Below are positions 12,571 through 26,000 of a stretch of DNA of 64,000 bases, piece after piece (within the stretch, counting starts at the first letter, position 1; every line of letters starts with the position of its first letter). Location: the NCBI RefSeq assembly GCF_963921235.1, contig NC_086109.1:19718001-19782000 (forward strand), written 5' to 3'. Both the position numbers and the translations under genes were made by a program. This DNA is from Mobula hypostoma (lineage: Eukaryota). The notes under the pieces are model-generated. The model searched no databases and was not told where the DNA came from. It saw only the letters and a list, made by a program, of their open reading frames with translations.

Positions 12571-13555
12571 AATCTATAAACTTAGAGGTTAAAGTATGAA
12601 TATGGAGATATGAAATAAAATGGGTGGAAATCCATAAATACCAGCATGCATTTACAATGTAAACAGCATTATGAAAAGTGTTTACAGCGCAGTGCGGAGG
12701 CTGAGGTAATAGATTGAAGGGGGTGGCGGTGGCTAACTAAAATGGTTGATCAGATTAATTACCTGGGGAAGAAACTTTTAAGATGGTGTGTGTGTGTGTG
12801 TTTGTCTTGATACTCCTATAATACTTTCCACAAGGGAGCTTTTGGAGAAGGCATACAATCATTTTTCCTGCCGGCTTCTCTTGCCTGTCCTGCAGTGATG
12901 GTAGACTGCAGCCAATGGCTTGAAATTCCGCTGGAGTTTTCGTGTATTGCTGCACCAAACTGAAGAGTAATGCCTGACGTGAGGATGTGCTCTATGATGG
13001 CAGTGCAGAATGGCACCCAGTTCCATGAGCATTCATGGAAGGTTGGGGAAGGCTATTAATGTGATAGTTTACCACCATTCACCTGGAAGCAAGGTGTGAG
13101 GCAGCTACCCCTCAACTAACAAACCATTCGTACACTTTCTATTAACAGGTCTCCCTCTATATTATATACAACAGTTTTCATGATCTCCAAGCAATTCACA
13201 GCCAATGTAGTACCTTTGAACTGTAGGTTATAGTACCTTCATAATCTAGGAAAGCAAATATTGGTCTAAGAACCAGATGAATAGGCAAGACTTAGAAATA
13301 TACAGACCTAGTGTGGGCAATGGAATTCGAGTAGGCCGGCAAAAAGGTGGGTGGGCCTGTTCCCGTGATGCTATTACTGTATCATATATATTCTATGGGA
13401 TCACTTTCAAGGATTCTACAACCAAGATTCTCAGAATTATTTATTTACTTACTTATTATTATTATTATTATGTTGTTGTATTTGCACGGTTTGTCTTCTT
13501 TTGCACATTGGTCGCTTGAAGTCTATGTTTGCGTGTAGTTTTTTTCATTCTTTAA

Positions 13556-15155
13556 AGAAATAACAAGCAGGATGGACAAAGGAGAATCAGTGGATGTTGT
13601 GTACTTGGATTTTCAGAAGGCCTTTGACAAGGTGCCACACAGGAGGCTGCTTAACAAGTTATGAGCCCATGGTATCACAGGGAAGATCCTAGCATAGGCA
13701 TATCAGTGGCTGATTGGCAGGAGGCAAAGAGAGGGCATAAAGGGAGCCTTTTCTGACTGACTGCCAGTGACTAGTGGTGTTTCACAGGGGTGTGCGTTGG
13801 GACTGATTCTTTTTACATTATTGTCAATGATTTGGATGATGGAATTGATGGCTTTGTTGCAAAGTTTGCAAACGATCTGAACATAGGTGGAGGGGCAGGT
13901 AGTTTTGAGGAAGTAGAGAGGCTATAGAAGGACTTAGATGGAATAGAAGAATGGGCAAAGAAATGGCAGATGGAATATAGTGTCGGGAAGCATATTGTCA
14001 TGAGCTTTGGTAGAAGAAATGAAAGGTTTGATTATTTTTTAATGGAAAGAAAATATAAAAATCTGAGATGCAAAGGGACAAAGTGTTACTGTATGAGGAA
14101 TGTCTGGAAGCTCTTGGGCTGTATTCCCTGGCATTCAGGAGAATGAGGGAGGATCTCATAGAAACATTCTAAATGTTAAAAGGCCTGAACAGATTAGATA
14201 TGGCAAAGTTATTTCCCATGGTAGGGTGGTAAATCTGTGGAATTTGTTGCCATGAGTGGCTGTGGAGGCCAAGTCATTAGGTGCATTTAAGACAGAGATA
14301 GATAGGTTCTTGATTAGCCAGGGTATCAAGGGTATAGGGAGAAGGCAGGGGAGTGGGGATGACTGGAAGAATTGGATCATCCCATGATTGAATGGCAGAG
14401 CAGACTCGATGGGCTGAATGGCCTACTTCTGCTCCTATATCTTATGGTCTTATGGACTTGGGAGTACATGCGCAAGATTCCCTAAAACTTACTTTGCATG
14501 TTGTGTCTGTGGTAAGGAAGGCAAATGCAATGTTAGCATTCATTTCAAGAGGACAAGAACATAAAAGCAAGGCTGTAATGTTGAAACTTTCTAAGGCACT
14601 GGTAAGGTCTCACTTGGAATATTGTGAGCAGTTTTGGGCTCCTTATCTTAGAAAGGATGTGCTGAAACTGGAGGGGTTTCAAAAACTGTTCACAAAAATG
14701 ATTCCAGGATTGAATGGTTTGTTAAAAAAAAGTGTTTGATGGTTCTGGGCCGGTATTCACTAGAATTCAGAAGAATGAGGGGTGACCTCACCAGAACATA
14801 TTCAATGGTGAAAGGCGATAGAGTAGGTGTGAAGAGGATGCTTCCTAAGGTGAGAGAGTCTAAGATCAGAGGGCACAGCCTCTGAATAGAGAGGCAACCT
14901 TTTAGAAAGGAGATGAGGTGGAATTTCTTTGGCCAGACAGTGGTGAATCTGTGGAATTTGTGTGAAGACCAAGATTTTATGCATATTTAAGGTAGAAACT
15001 GATAGATTCTTGATTGGTCAGGGCATGAAGGAATATGGGGAGAAGGCAGGAGATTGGGGCTGAGAGAAAAATTGAATCAGCCATGATGAAATGGCAGAAC
15101 AGACTGGATGGACCAAATGGCTTAATTGAGCTTCTCTATCTTATGGTCTTATAGT
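13556..15155 (+). mobile_element. CR1 LINE RT-to-3' end with a nested CR1 3' fragment (~14080-14452)
   Basis: VYLDFQKAFDKVPH, AKFAND and HLEYCEQFWAPYLRKD motifs. Two (tcttatgg)-type tails. Confidence 0.85.
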
Positions 15156-15879
15156 CTTATTCTATTGTAATTCTTTGTTGTACTGTGAATGCCTATAAAA
15201 AAAATGAGTCTCAGGGTAGTACATGGTGACATTTACATACTTCAAAACTAAATTTACCTTGAACTTTGACGTTTTGATGATTTTATAATTTGATGTACTC
15301 ATCTACTTTCCCTCTCAAGTAATGCTGAAAATTTAATATCAATTTAATAGCTCATTCGAAAGGGTGAAAGGTGAAATGTTAACCTAAGGATGAATTTCTT
15401 CACTCAGTGGATGGTGAGGATGTGGAATGAGCTGCCAGCAGAAGTGGCGAATGCCAGTTTGATTACAACATTTAAGAGAAGTTTGAATAGGAGCATGGAT
15501 GGGAGGGGTCCAGGGGCAAGTCAATGGGACTAAGCAGAATAATAGTTTGGCACGTACTGAGGGCTTGCTTCTGTGCTGCATTGCTCTATGGCAGTGCAGC
15601 ACTCCTTCAGTCCTGCAAAGAGTGTGTTAGGTTATTCGATGCCCTTCTGTCTCTGGAGCAGGAATTAAATACTTGGATCAGAGGTGGGAGTTCTGCCAGC
15701 CTGGACACAGCTGACTTGTTCAGGTTCCTGCTCACCAAGATGAAATATTGCACTGTCAAATATACCAGATTCAATGCCAGTCCAGTACTAGATGACTGGA
15801 CCCCCACCACTTAGGTCATAGAACAATACAGTCCAGCAACAGGCCCTTCTGCTCACAATACTGTGCCAGATCAATCCAA

Positions 15880-16500
15880 TCAGAATCAGAATCAAATTTA
15901 ATATCACTGGCATACCGTATGTCATGAAATGTATTGAGTTTGTGGCAGCAATACAATGCAATGCATAATAATAGAGGGGAAACTGTGAATTATAGTAAGT
16001 TTATATATATATATAATAGTTAAATTAAATAAGAGGTCCAAAAATAGAAATCAACAAGTAGTGAGGTGCTGTTCATGGGTTCAATGTCCATTCAGAAATC
16101 AGATGGCAGAGATAAAGAAGCTGTTTCTTAATTGTTGAGTATGTGGTTTCAGGCTTCAGTACCTCCTTCCTGATGGTAGCAATGAAAATAAGGCACGACC
16201 TAGGTGATGGGGGTCCTTAATGATGGACGCCGAATTTTTGAGGCATCGATCCTTGAAATTGTCCTGGATACTTTTGAGGCTAGTGCCCATGATAGAGCTG
16301 ACTAAGTTTACAATTCTCTGCAGCTTACTTTGATCCTGTGAAGTAGCCAGCACCCACCCCCACCCCCACCACCATACCAGGCAGTGAAGCAGCCAGTTAG
16401 AATGCTCTCCACAGCACCTCTTTAGAATTTTTTGAGTGTTTTCAGAGACATACCAAATCTCCTCAAGTTCCTAATGAAATATAGCTGCTTATTACATGCT
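15880..16500 (-). mobile_element. Rex1/Babar 3' fragment
   Basis: Minus-strand ASIIKDPHH...LLPSGRRY and an (attctg)n tail. Confidence 0.75.
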
Positions 16501-17416
16501 GTTTCCTCATAACACATTATTTGAGGGTGCATGACTTTTGGCCATATCAGACTGATGGCGTAGAAAACATCAGCATGGTACGGTGAATTGCACACAGAAG
16601 TGTATGAGTCAACCCTCCAATGACAGTAATTTACCCAAAAATGATTGTCAGTGTGATTTAACCTGGGTAAAGCCACATTTAATCATGATTCCTAAAAAAA
16701 AATGCTCTCCAACATGGAACAGCACAGGCTCTATGGCCCACAATGTTGTGCTGGCCTTTTAACCTACTCCAAGATCAATCTAGTGCTTCCTTCCCAAATA
16801 CTCCTCCATTTTTCTATCATCCATGTGCCTATCTAATAGTCTTAAATGTCCCTAATGTATCTGTCCCTACCACCATCCCTCTCAGTGCATTCCACTCTCT
16901 GTGTAAAAAATCTACTTCAGACATCCCACATCTAAACTATCCTCCAATCACCTTAAAAGTATGTCCTCTACTATCAGCCATCATCATCCTGGGAGAAAAG
17001 CAGAGGCTATCCACTCTCTGGTATGTAGTATATTCAATATCACAGAGAGGAGATGAATTTCTAGGTGCCAGCATCCATCCCTTGGTCAACCTCTTTTGGG
17101 CTCAAATTTACCAACAAAGCTAACAGTCAAAATTTCATTTGACGTCCTACGGAAATGCATATAGTTACAGTCCAATCATCCATGTCATTCCATCTAGAGA
17201 AAAATCAAACAATCAAATTGCCCAAATAGAATTGACCTCTAACAAATCTTATTGACTCTCCTTTATTAGCTCTGCATATACACGTGACTGTTTTCCCAAT
17301 AGATTCTTCCTACCACTACCGCACAAGTTAGCAGTCTTGATTTTGATCAAGGGTGTAATGTGTGTAATCATCCAGCTCTTCGCCATTATCTCTGAATCAA
17401 AGGAGGATTGAAGATT

Positions 17417-17870
17417 GAACATAGAACATAGAAATCTACAGCACATTACAGGCCCTTCGGCCCACAAATTTGTGCCGAACATGTAACCTACTCTAGAAAC
17501 TGGCTTGAATTTTTCTACTGCATAGCCCTTTATTTTTCTAAATTCCATGTACCTATCTGAGAGGCTCTTAAAAGACCCTATTGTATCTGCTTTCACCACT
17601 GCCACCCACCAGTCTCTGTGTGAAAAACTTACCCCTGACATTCCCTCAGTACCTATTTCCAAGCACCTTAAAACTATGCCCCCTCATGTTAGCCATTTCA
17701 GCCCTGGGGAAAAGCCTCTGGCTATCCACAAGATCAATGCCCCTCATCATCTTATACACCTCTATCAGGTCACCTCTCATCCTCCGTCACTCCAAGGAGA
17801 AAAGGCCAAGTTCACTCAACCTATTCTCATAAGATACGCTCTCCGATCCAGGCAACATCCTTGTAAATCT
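17417..17870 (-). mobile_element. CR1 3' fragment
   Basis: Reverse complement of the CR1 ORF2 end and a (ttctatg)n tail. Confidence 0.8.
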
Positions 17871-18740
17871 TGTCCTTGTTTCTGTCCTATTTGGGCCCCT
17901 CCCCCATCTCTCTATGTTCCCCAGTGTACAACTTCGTGATTTGGGCAATTCGCCTCCTTTTATTTACTTTAGTTAGAGATACAGTGCGGTTATGATCTCT
18001 TCCAGCCCAGTGACACGCACTGTCCAATTACACCCATGTGTCAGATTAATCAACCAACCCGTACGTCTTTGGAATGTGGGAGAAAGCCAGAGCACCCGGA
18101 GGAAAACGGCAGTCATGGAGAGAACATATAAACTCCTTACAGATAGTGGTGGGAATTGAACCCAGGTCGTTGGCTCTATTATACTGTTACGCTAACTACC
18201 CAGCTACAAGTGCCACTACACTACTATAATTCCTGTCAGTCCTTCTAGTTCTTTATTTTTCTTTCATCCAATATCCAAATAGCCTTATGGTTTCACAGAA
18301 GCTTCAAAGTCTGAAGTAAATTTTATTATCAATGTACATACATGTCACCATATACAACCCTGAGATTCATTTTCTTGTGGGCATACTCTATAAATCTATA
18401 GAGTAATAACCATACCAGAATCAGTGAAAGACCACGCAACTGGGGCATTCAACCAGAGTGCAAGAAGACAACAATGTGCAAATAAAAAAAGAAGAAATAA
18501 TAATAATAAATTAATAAGCAATAAATATTGAGAACATGAGATGATGAGTCCTTGAAAATGAGTCCATTGGTTGTGGGAACATTCCAATGGGGCAAGCGAA
18601 GTTGAATGAAGTTACCCGCTTTGTTCAAGAGCCTGTTGGTTCAAGCTTAGAACACAGATTAAAGACATTTTTTTAGCATTGAACCAATGACAGCTTCCAG
18701 GTAGAGCTACCTTCACAATCCCATAGTCTCATAGCTTCCT

Positions 18741-19256
18741 CCGTCGGCATCGTCGTTAGGTCGCATCTGGAATTTCCAGTTGGCGGACAATTTCCCTCCA
18801 CGCCACTGTGACATTTTGGGAAATCATATTTGTGGCAGGTTACAGCAGTGGTTTGCCTTTGCCTTCTGCCGGGTGAGCTTAAAGAGATCACCACCTCTTG
18901 CAGTGGATGACCAGGACGTCTAAATGCCTTGTCGTGCTCTTAGCACTCCACCACGCCTGCTGGCCTGCCTTCTTGACCGTTGGACTATTAATTGGTCTCT
19001 TCCGCTCAGTCTGCCATGGCCAGATTTCACACGCTGGGACAGGCAGATCCCCTACCTCACCAAGGGTCAAAGACCCATCGGCTACCCTCACCTGGTTTGG
19101 CCCATCTGCCGAGACGGTTTACCGGGGTGTGGCCGCTGCACGTGCTACAGCTACTTGGAGCCACAGGTGAGAGCTGAGCATCAGGTGAGGACCAAAGGTG
19201 GACGAGCTGCCCTGCAAAAGGGCACAGCAGGCCCCCCCAGTCACCTCATAAACCCC
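18741..19256 (-). mobile_element. Non-coding retroposon with a 5' HDV-like ribozyme and RTE-type 3' body
   Basis: TSD atagcttcct (18731-18740 / 19257-19266). The 3' ~150 bp is homologous to the SINE at 6542-6685. The 5' end folds as an HDV-like double pseudoknot. Confidence 0.75.
19087..19256 (-). ncRNA. Candidate HDV-like self-cleaving ribozyme
   Basis: Folded by eye: P1 GGGGUUU/ACACCCC, P2 CUCACCUG/CAGGUGAG, P3 GGC/GCC, L3 UCCAAGUA plus a hairpin, GG-UAAA, P4 CCGUCU/AGAUGG, J4/2 GCCAA. Confidence 0.6.
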
Positions 19257-19589
19257 ATAGCTTCCTTACAATCATATAAATTATTCTCTCAGCTGCCGAT
19301 ACAATTCGCTTTATAATTCACCAGCTAAAACGAGCTTCCCCAGTGTAAGTGTCATCTAATATGGCTGACTCTGAAATGACCTATGAAAAGGCCCACTATA
19401 TTTGGGGAATAACCGAGGATAGATAGTAAAAACTGGCCTTGCTAGCCACCGCCACATCCTGTGCTCAATCAGCTAAAACGCTAGCTATGCAAATATTTTG
19501 ATTGATTTATTGATATGATGTGGGTACCACTGACACCCTAATTGACCATGAGGAGGTGGTGATGACCTGCCTTCCACAACCACCCCATT

Positions 19590-19845
19590 AGTGCGACTCC
19601 ATTACAGCTTGGTGTGGCAGAGTTTGGAGTTCAATTCTCACACCATCTGTAAGGAGTTTGTATGTTCTCCCATGATCATGTGGGTTTCCTCCAGGTATTC
19701 CTGGTTCCTCCCATTGTCCAAAGACATACCGGTTAGTAGGTTAATTGGTCATTGTAAATTGTCCTGTGATGAGGATAGGGTTAAATAGCTGGGTTGCTGG
19801 GCAGCATCCAGAGAAGGGCCTGTTCCACAATCTCTAAATAAATAA
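19590..19845 (+). mobile_element. V-SINE/HE1-like SINE
   Basis: Same B-box and V-domain as other copies, with a (taaa)n tail. Further copies at ~17960-18215(-), 23585-23820(+), 43745-44015(-), 46285-46560(+), 48935-49265(-), 50380-50652(+), 52510-53050(-). Confidence 0.75.
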
Positions 19846-21409
19846 ATGTTTACATGTATTTATCCAATTTATTAATGTAACAATTTTAACCACTATTCTG
19901 TCAGATTCGATTGCAGCAGTGTAATGTGTAAAATGCTTTTATTTCCCTTCCCTTTTTCCTTGGCAGTAGGTGCCCTCTAGTTACTCACCCTGATGTCGTT
20001 GGAAATAGATTCTCCCTATCTAACAAAACACTTCATGTTGTAAATTATCTTTATGCTAATAATTGCAAAGGTGATTCAGACCTCAGGTAACCAGAATGTG
20101 GAATGTATAACAAAAGATATTACTTCATGACTCAAATGTTTCTGTGAAGATACCACATTCTAACTACCCTGCAGCTGTTGTTGCCTGGAGAATTTCATTT
20201 TGCAAGAACTCAAAAGCCTGATCTCCAGTCAAGTTTCAAACTACTTTCCTCTGTTTGTCCTTTCCTTGTCCATCCCTGGGCTTATGTGAGTTTCTGTGTT
20301 GCCGTGATAATGTTAGCTTCTGTTCATCCAGGGCCACCTCACCAAACAATGGCTGACTCAAATTGGGCAGCTAATGAATCTGAAGATACTGCACACTGTG
20401 TCTTACTTTTACACTCAAGAAAGAATAAAGCCCTGAGCCAGCTGGGGTCTTGTTGCTCGAGAATACTGAATAGCTCCCTGATTCAGTTCCTTCAGTAGTA
20501 GTCTTGTGAGTTGAATCAAGATTTGTGAACTGACAAAGTTTGTTGCGATGACAGACCCCTCGCATGGTGATGCATTACTCAATTAAAGCTGGTTACGGTT
20601 CTGTTGAAGATGAATGAGACAACCTTTCCTCCTTCTCTCATTCCTTATTCAATGGGCCAAAAACGTAATCTGGAGGAGCGTCTAAACTGCTCTCAAACCT
20701 CTACTAGTATCCTTCTGAAATGGTTACTAGAGAAAGAAAGTGGACTATGCTTGAATTTAATGTGGAGAAGGAGCCTGGTGTTGGCTTAGATTTTACCATT
20801 AACACTGGAGAAAACGAGTTGGAACTGTATCACATTCTACCACAAAGACACAGAGTCTCGCACTGTGCTTAAAATCAAATCAAACTGCTCTTTTATATTC
20901 TAGTGGAACCAACAAACCACAGTTGCTGCATTTTACAAGCTGAACCATGTACACAAACTATTAGCTATTAGGTAGAGTGAAATGGTGAACTAGAAATACA
21001 GAGAACTGGGCACAGACAACTTGCATCCAAATTCCATCATGATGGTTAGCAAAAGTATATCAGCTTAAAAAGACCAGACATGTTGGAAATGAGCCCGAGC
21101 ATGGCCTCCTCTGCTGTCACGATGAGGCCAGACACAGGCTGAAGGTCTTGGTAGACTCCAACTTGTCAGTGTCAGTATTGATTTCTCTAATTCCAGTAGC
21201 CACTCCCCTCTGTGTTCCTCCTCCCCACTTTCCTTCCCCTCACTACTGTGGCCCCTTTACCCCTTCTCTTCTCCTTCACCACCCTCACAACTAACCTATC
21301 ACTTCCTTCTTGTTCTTTATCTCCTTCCATATATTCCATGGTCTACTGTGCTCTCCTATCAAGATTCCTTCTTCTTCAACTCTTCCCACATATCCCTACA
21401 CAACTTCTT

Positions 21410-22850
21410 ATATCAAGCAGGATAAACAAAGGAGAATCAGTTGATGTTGTGTACTTGGATTTTCAGAAGGGCTTTGACAAGGTGCCACACATGAGGCTGC
21501 TTAACAAGATAAGAGCCCATGATATTATGGGAGAGATACTTGCATGGAAGGAGGATAGACTGATTAGCAGTAGTCAAGGAGTGAGAATAAAGGGTGCCTT
21601 TTTTTGGCTGTCAGTGACTAGTGGTGTTCTGCAGGGGTCGATGTACTTCTTTACATGTTATATATCAATAATTTGGCTATGAAATTGATAGCTTTATGAC
21701 CGGGTTTGCAAACAATACCAAGTTACATAAAGGGACAGAGAACATTGAAGAGCCAGGGAGTTTGCAGAAGGACTAGGACAGATTAGAAGAATGGTCAGAG
21801 AAGTGGCAGATAGAATACAGTGATGGGAAATATATGGTCATGCACTTTGGTAGAAGGAACGAAACCTCAGACTATTTTCTAAACAGGCAAGAAATTCAAA
21901 AATACAAGGTACAAAGGGACTTGTCAGTCCTCATGCTGGATTCCCTAAAGATTAACTTGAAGGTTGAGTCAGTGGTGGGTCAGGCACTATCAATTACTCC
22001 AAAAGACTGGAAGTAGAGTAAATACTGAAAGGCTTTTATTAACAGTAAAATGGATCCACGTCCATGCTGTATGTCTGTCCTGGACTGTGGGAGGAGCAGT
22101 GACACAATCGGCTTTATTCAGGGGTCTGTAGGAGGAGCCACAGGAGCAGTCAGCAGAGGGGCGTGTCCAGGCATGTCCAGACAGTTAATCCAGTTACAAC
22201 CTATATACGTAGTTTACCACAGTGGGGAAGGCAAATGCAATGATAGCATTCATTTCAAGATGACTATGATATAAATGCAAGGATGTAAATTGAGGCTTTA
22301 TAAGGCACTGGCGAGGCCTCACTTAGAGTATTGTGAGCATTTCTGGGTCCTCTATCTAAAAAAGGATGTGCTGACATTGAAGAGATTTCAGAGGAGGTTC
22401 ATCAGAATGATTCTGAGAATGGAAGGGTAATTGTATGAGAAACATTTGATGGCTCCGGACCTGTACTCACTGGAATTAAGAAAAATGAGGGGAGAGATTT
22501 CATTGAAATCTATTGAATATTGAAAGCCCTAGCTAGTGGATGTGGAAAGGATGTTTCCTATAGTGGGAGAGTCTAGATCCAGAGGGTACAGCCTCAAATA
22601 GAGGGATGTCCATTTAGAACAGAAATGAGGAATTTCTTTAGGCAGAAGGTGGTGAATCTGTGAAATTTGTTGCCACGGGTAGCTGTGGAGACCAGGTCAC
22701 TGAGTGTATTTAAGCTGGAGGTTGATAGGTTCTTGTTTAGTCGGGGCGTGAAAGGTTACAGGGAATGGGTTTGAGAGGGAAAAATCAGCCATAATGAAAT
22801 GGTGGAGCAGATTCAATGGACCGAAGTAATCATTCTACTCCTATCTCATG
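21410..22850 (+). mobile_element. Decayed CR1 LINE (RT to 3' end), interrupted by a solo LTR
   Basis: KGESVDVVYLDFQKGFDKVPH...VTSGVLQGS. The element resumes after 22225. Confidence 0.85.
21976..22221 (-). mobile_element. Solo LTR (Gypsy-like)
   Basis: TG...CA termini, 4-bp TSD gtgg (21972-21975 / 22222-22225), AATAAA on the minus strand, inserted inside a CR1. Confidence 0.65.
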
Positions 22851-23060
22851 TATCCTCCCAGCCACCTATCTTCCCCCTCTCACCGGAATTCACCTATTAC
22901 CTGCCAGCTTGTGCTACTCCCTCCCCCACCTTTTTATTCTGGCTTCTGCCCTCTTCCTTTCCAGTCCTAATGAAGGGTTTCGGCCCAAAACATCAACTAT
23001 TCATTTCCCTCCACAGATTCTTGCCTGATCTGCTGAGATCCTCCAGCGTTTTGTGTACAT
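22850..23060 (+). mobile_element. Penelope 3' terminal fragment with a degenerate hammerhead
   Basis: agtcctaatgaagggtttcggcccaaaacatcaact at 22963-22998, followed by the gcctga.ctgctgag.tcctccagc block. Confidence 0.7.
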
Positions 23061-26000
23061 TACCAATGTATCTTTAGGGAAATAAACCAAGTCAATGCGT
23101 GACTCAGCCTCCTGAAGTGGTTTAGCGAGCTATTCTGTTACAGCAGTCAGTTAGGTCTACAAATACTTCACAGAACAACCAATGCATGTTAGTGACAATA
23201 ACCTGTAAGATATTTTAAGGGAGATTCCTTAGGACCCAAGCAGTAAGGGTCAATGATGAGAAAGAAGATCCAGTGTCTGTGAAATATTTGGGGAATTTGA
23301 GGTTAAGAAGGGGTTATCCCATTCCAAGTTTGTTCTTTCTTGCCTGGTTTGGAGAAGGACATTGTTTTGAGAGCTGCATACCTGTGACAGTCAATGCAAA
23401 AAGTAACCTTGATGATCTGGTTTCCTCGCACTTTTCAAGGATATACGGATAATTAGGTTAATTGGTCATGGGTATAAATGGGCGGTGTGGGCTCGCTGGG
23501 GTAGAAGGGCCTGGTACTGTGCTGTATCACTAAATAAATAAGATACTGGCTCTTGTCTTACTCTTTTTATGCCTTTCATAATTTGGCTGCCACAGCAGCG
23601 TAGCGGTTAGCGCAAAGCTATTACAGCTCAGGGGTGTTCTGGAGTTCGAAGTTCAGTTCCACTGCCGCTCCATAAGAAGTCTTTGTACGTCCCCCCCAGT
23701 GGAATGTGTGGGTTTTCTCCGGGTCTTCTGGGTTCCAAGATACACTGGGTAGTTTGATAGGTCATGGAGAATTGTCCTGTGACAGATACTCCGCGCTGTA
23801 TTGCTAAATAAAATAAAATAAAGTAGAAATAAATACCAACACAACTAGAAAGCTGGAGGAATGCGGCAGGTCAGGCAGCAACAATGGAGAGGAGTAAACA
23901 TTCAACATTTTGGGCTGAGACCCTTTGTCCTTCACTATGCTGCCTCCTTGCTGAGATCCGTAATTGATTCGGAATTATCTTCTGTTCGGCCAAAGATGAA
24001 GCTTTGATTTCTGATCTGTTAAAAAAATAAATTTACATTCTGAATATGGTAGAAGAAGCTGAATTGTGGACAGCTAGTGGATATCTTTCTTCCTTGAAAT
24101 GAGGTACATTGAGTATTTGTCTTCAGGCTCCTTCACCTTCTCTCTGATGGTAGTATTGAGAAGAGGGCATGTTGTTGGTAATGAGGGTTCAACTTTCTGA
24201 GGCATCGCCTTTCGAAGATATCCTCAGTGAAGTAGAGGCTAGACTACCTGTATGCATCTCTCCATCCTATACTGAGTATCACATTGATATAATGACAGGG
24301 ACAATAACCCTTCACAGGAACTTGGTGGATTGTGAAATGCTTTTTGAAATCTTGAGAGTGTTGAAAGGTTTGTACAAATGCAGGCTTTCACTTTTCATTC
24401 AGCTCAACAAAACAAAGATAGAATTTGATGAATTCAGTAGAATTAAGTCCCAGATTAAAAGGTTGATGGGGGGGGGGGTAAATTTTCACCATTTATTGGC
24501 TGTGTTCTAGCAGAGTGAATTGCCCAACTGTAATTGAAGTACCTGAATTTTATTCCCTTGAAATCTGTGCCTGAGAGATTAGATAGGTTAGCTATGTATG
24601 TGGGCCAGCTGTACCTCAAGCCTTACATCTCAGCAGCATGTAAGTAAGATACTTGTTTCATTTGCTGTGTAGAGTACAACAAAGAGTCTCCTCATGCCTA
24701 CCCTGCAATATAACACAGATCATCCTCAGGGTGATTTTGTGGTGAGAAAGGTGAAGTCAGATGTCAACTTAAATCAGCCCATTAAGACAAAGCAGTGAAA
24801 GATCTGGAAAGTAGCATCACATTTCTCAGGGAAGTTGCAGAGAGCACAGACCTGGTGGACAGCTGTAATACTTCTGAACTCCTGTGTGGAGAAGAATATT
24901 TAAGCTCACATTCTGTGGACGATCTGTACCCAAACCAAACCAATTTCAAGAATCTGCAATGCATTATAGCATGATTATTAAGAAGACATGTCCAATCTAT
25001 TTATCATTTAACAGAGAGGAATGGGACATAGCCAGAATTCAAAATTGCATGGCTTCAGAATAATTTTCATTGTATGCATATTTTCTCTCATGAAGTTCAT
25101 CAGCTTCATATGCCCTCAATCCGGTCCTCCTAATATAGTGCCTCCTCCACACATCCTCCCTCGTCATCACGTCCCTATCTGGCCCCTCACCCCCATCTTT
25201 ATGCTTCCTTCTCTGACCCCCTCCAACCCACAATCATTTCTACCCTTCCTGCCCAATGTTCTCCCTCTGGCCCTTCACCTTCCTACCCATTCCTTCTTCC
25301 TCCAATCCTTCACCCTGGCCCCTCCAATTCACCATCACTCCTAGCTCTTCTCCATCTTGCCTGACCCCTCTCCATCTTGCCTGACCCCTCTCCATCACTG
25401 ACCCCTCACCCCACGCCCTTCTGCTCAATGTTTCACCCACACCTCCTCCCCTAGTTTACCTCACATTACCTCCTGACCATCCTGCCTGATGCTGATAAAA
25501 TAACAAATGAAAGTTATTCCTTGGTGTAGGTAACGTGCAGCATTACAATCATAGAGCACTACAGCATAGAAAATGTCCCTTCAGCCTATCTATTCCTTGC
25601 CAGCCTGGTCTTTTGTCTAGTCAATAATTCACCCTCATCACCTCCCATGTTATTCTAAATTTCATATTTATATGATTAATATATTAATATCTACATGGAC
25701 TAGTTACACCTCCTGGACTATAGATCTCCAGTAAATTCCCTGTGAAATAGTTGCCTCATCTGTTGTATGGGATGGTATACAAATCCTTTCTTGGTAGGTC
25801 CTTTATTTTGTTGGACTGTTGAACACAGACAAGCTGAATTTGGAATACCACCTGACAATGGGCAGAGCCAGAAGAACTGCAAGGCCAAGACTGTGATTGA
25901 GAAAGTCTGTAGATACCCTGAAATACAAGTATGTAAAGGATTAGTGTTAGGCTTCAATACCTTTGAATGATTTCAGTTGCAATTAAATGAGAGTTTATGG

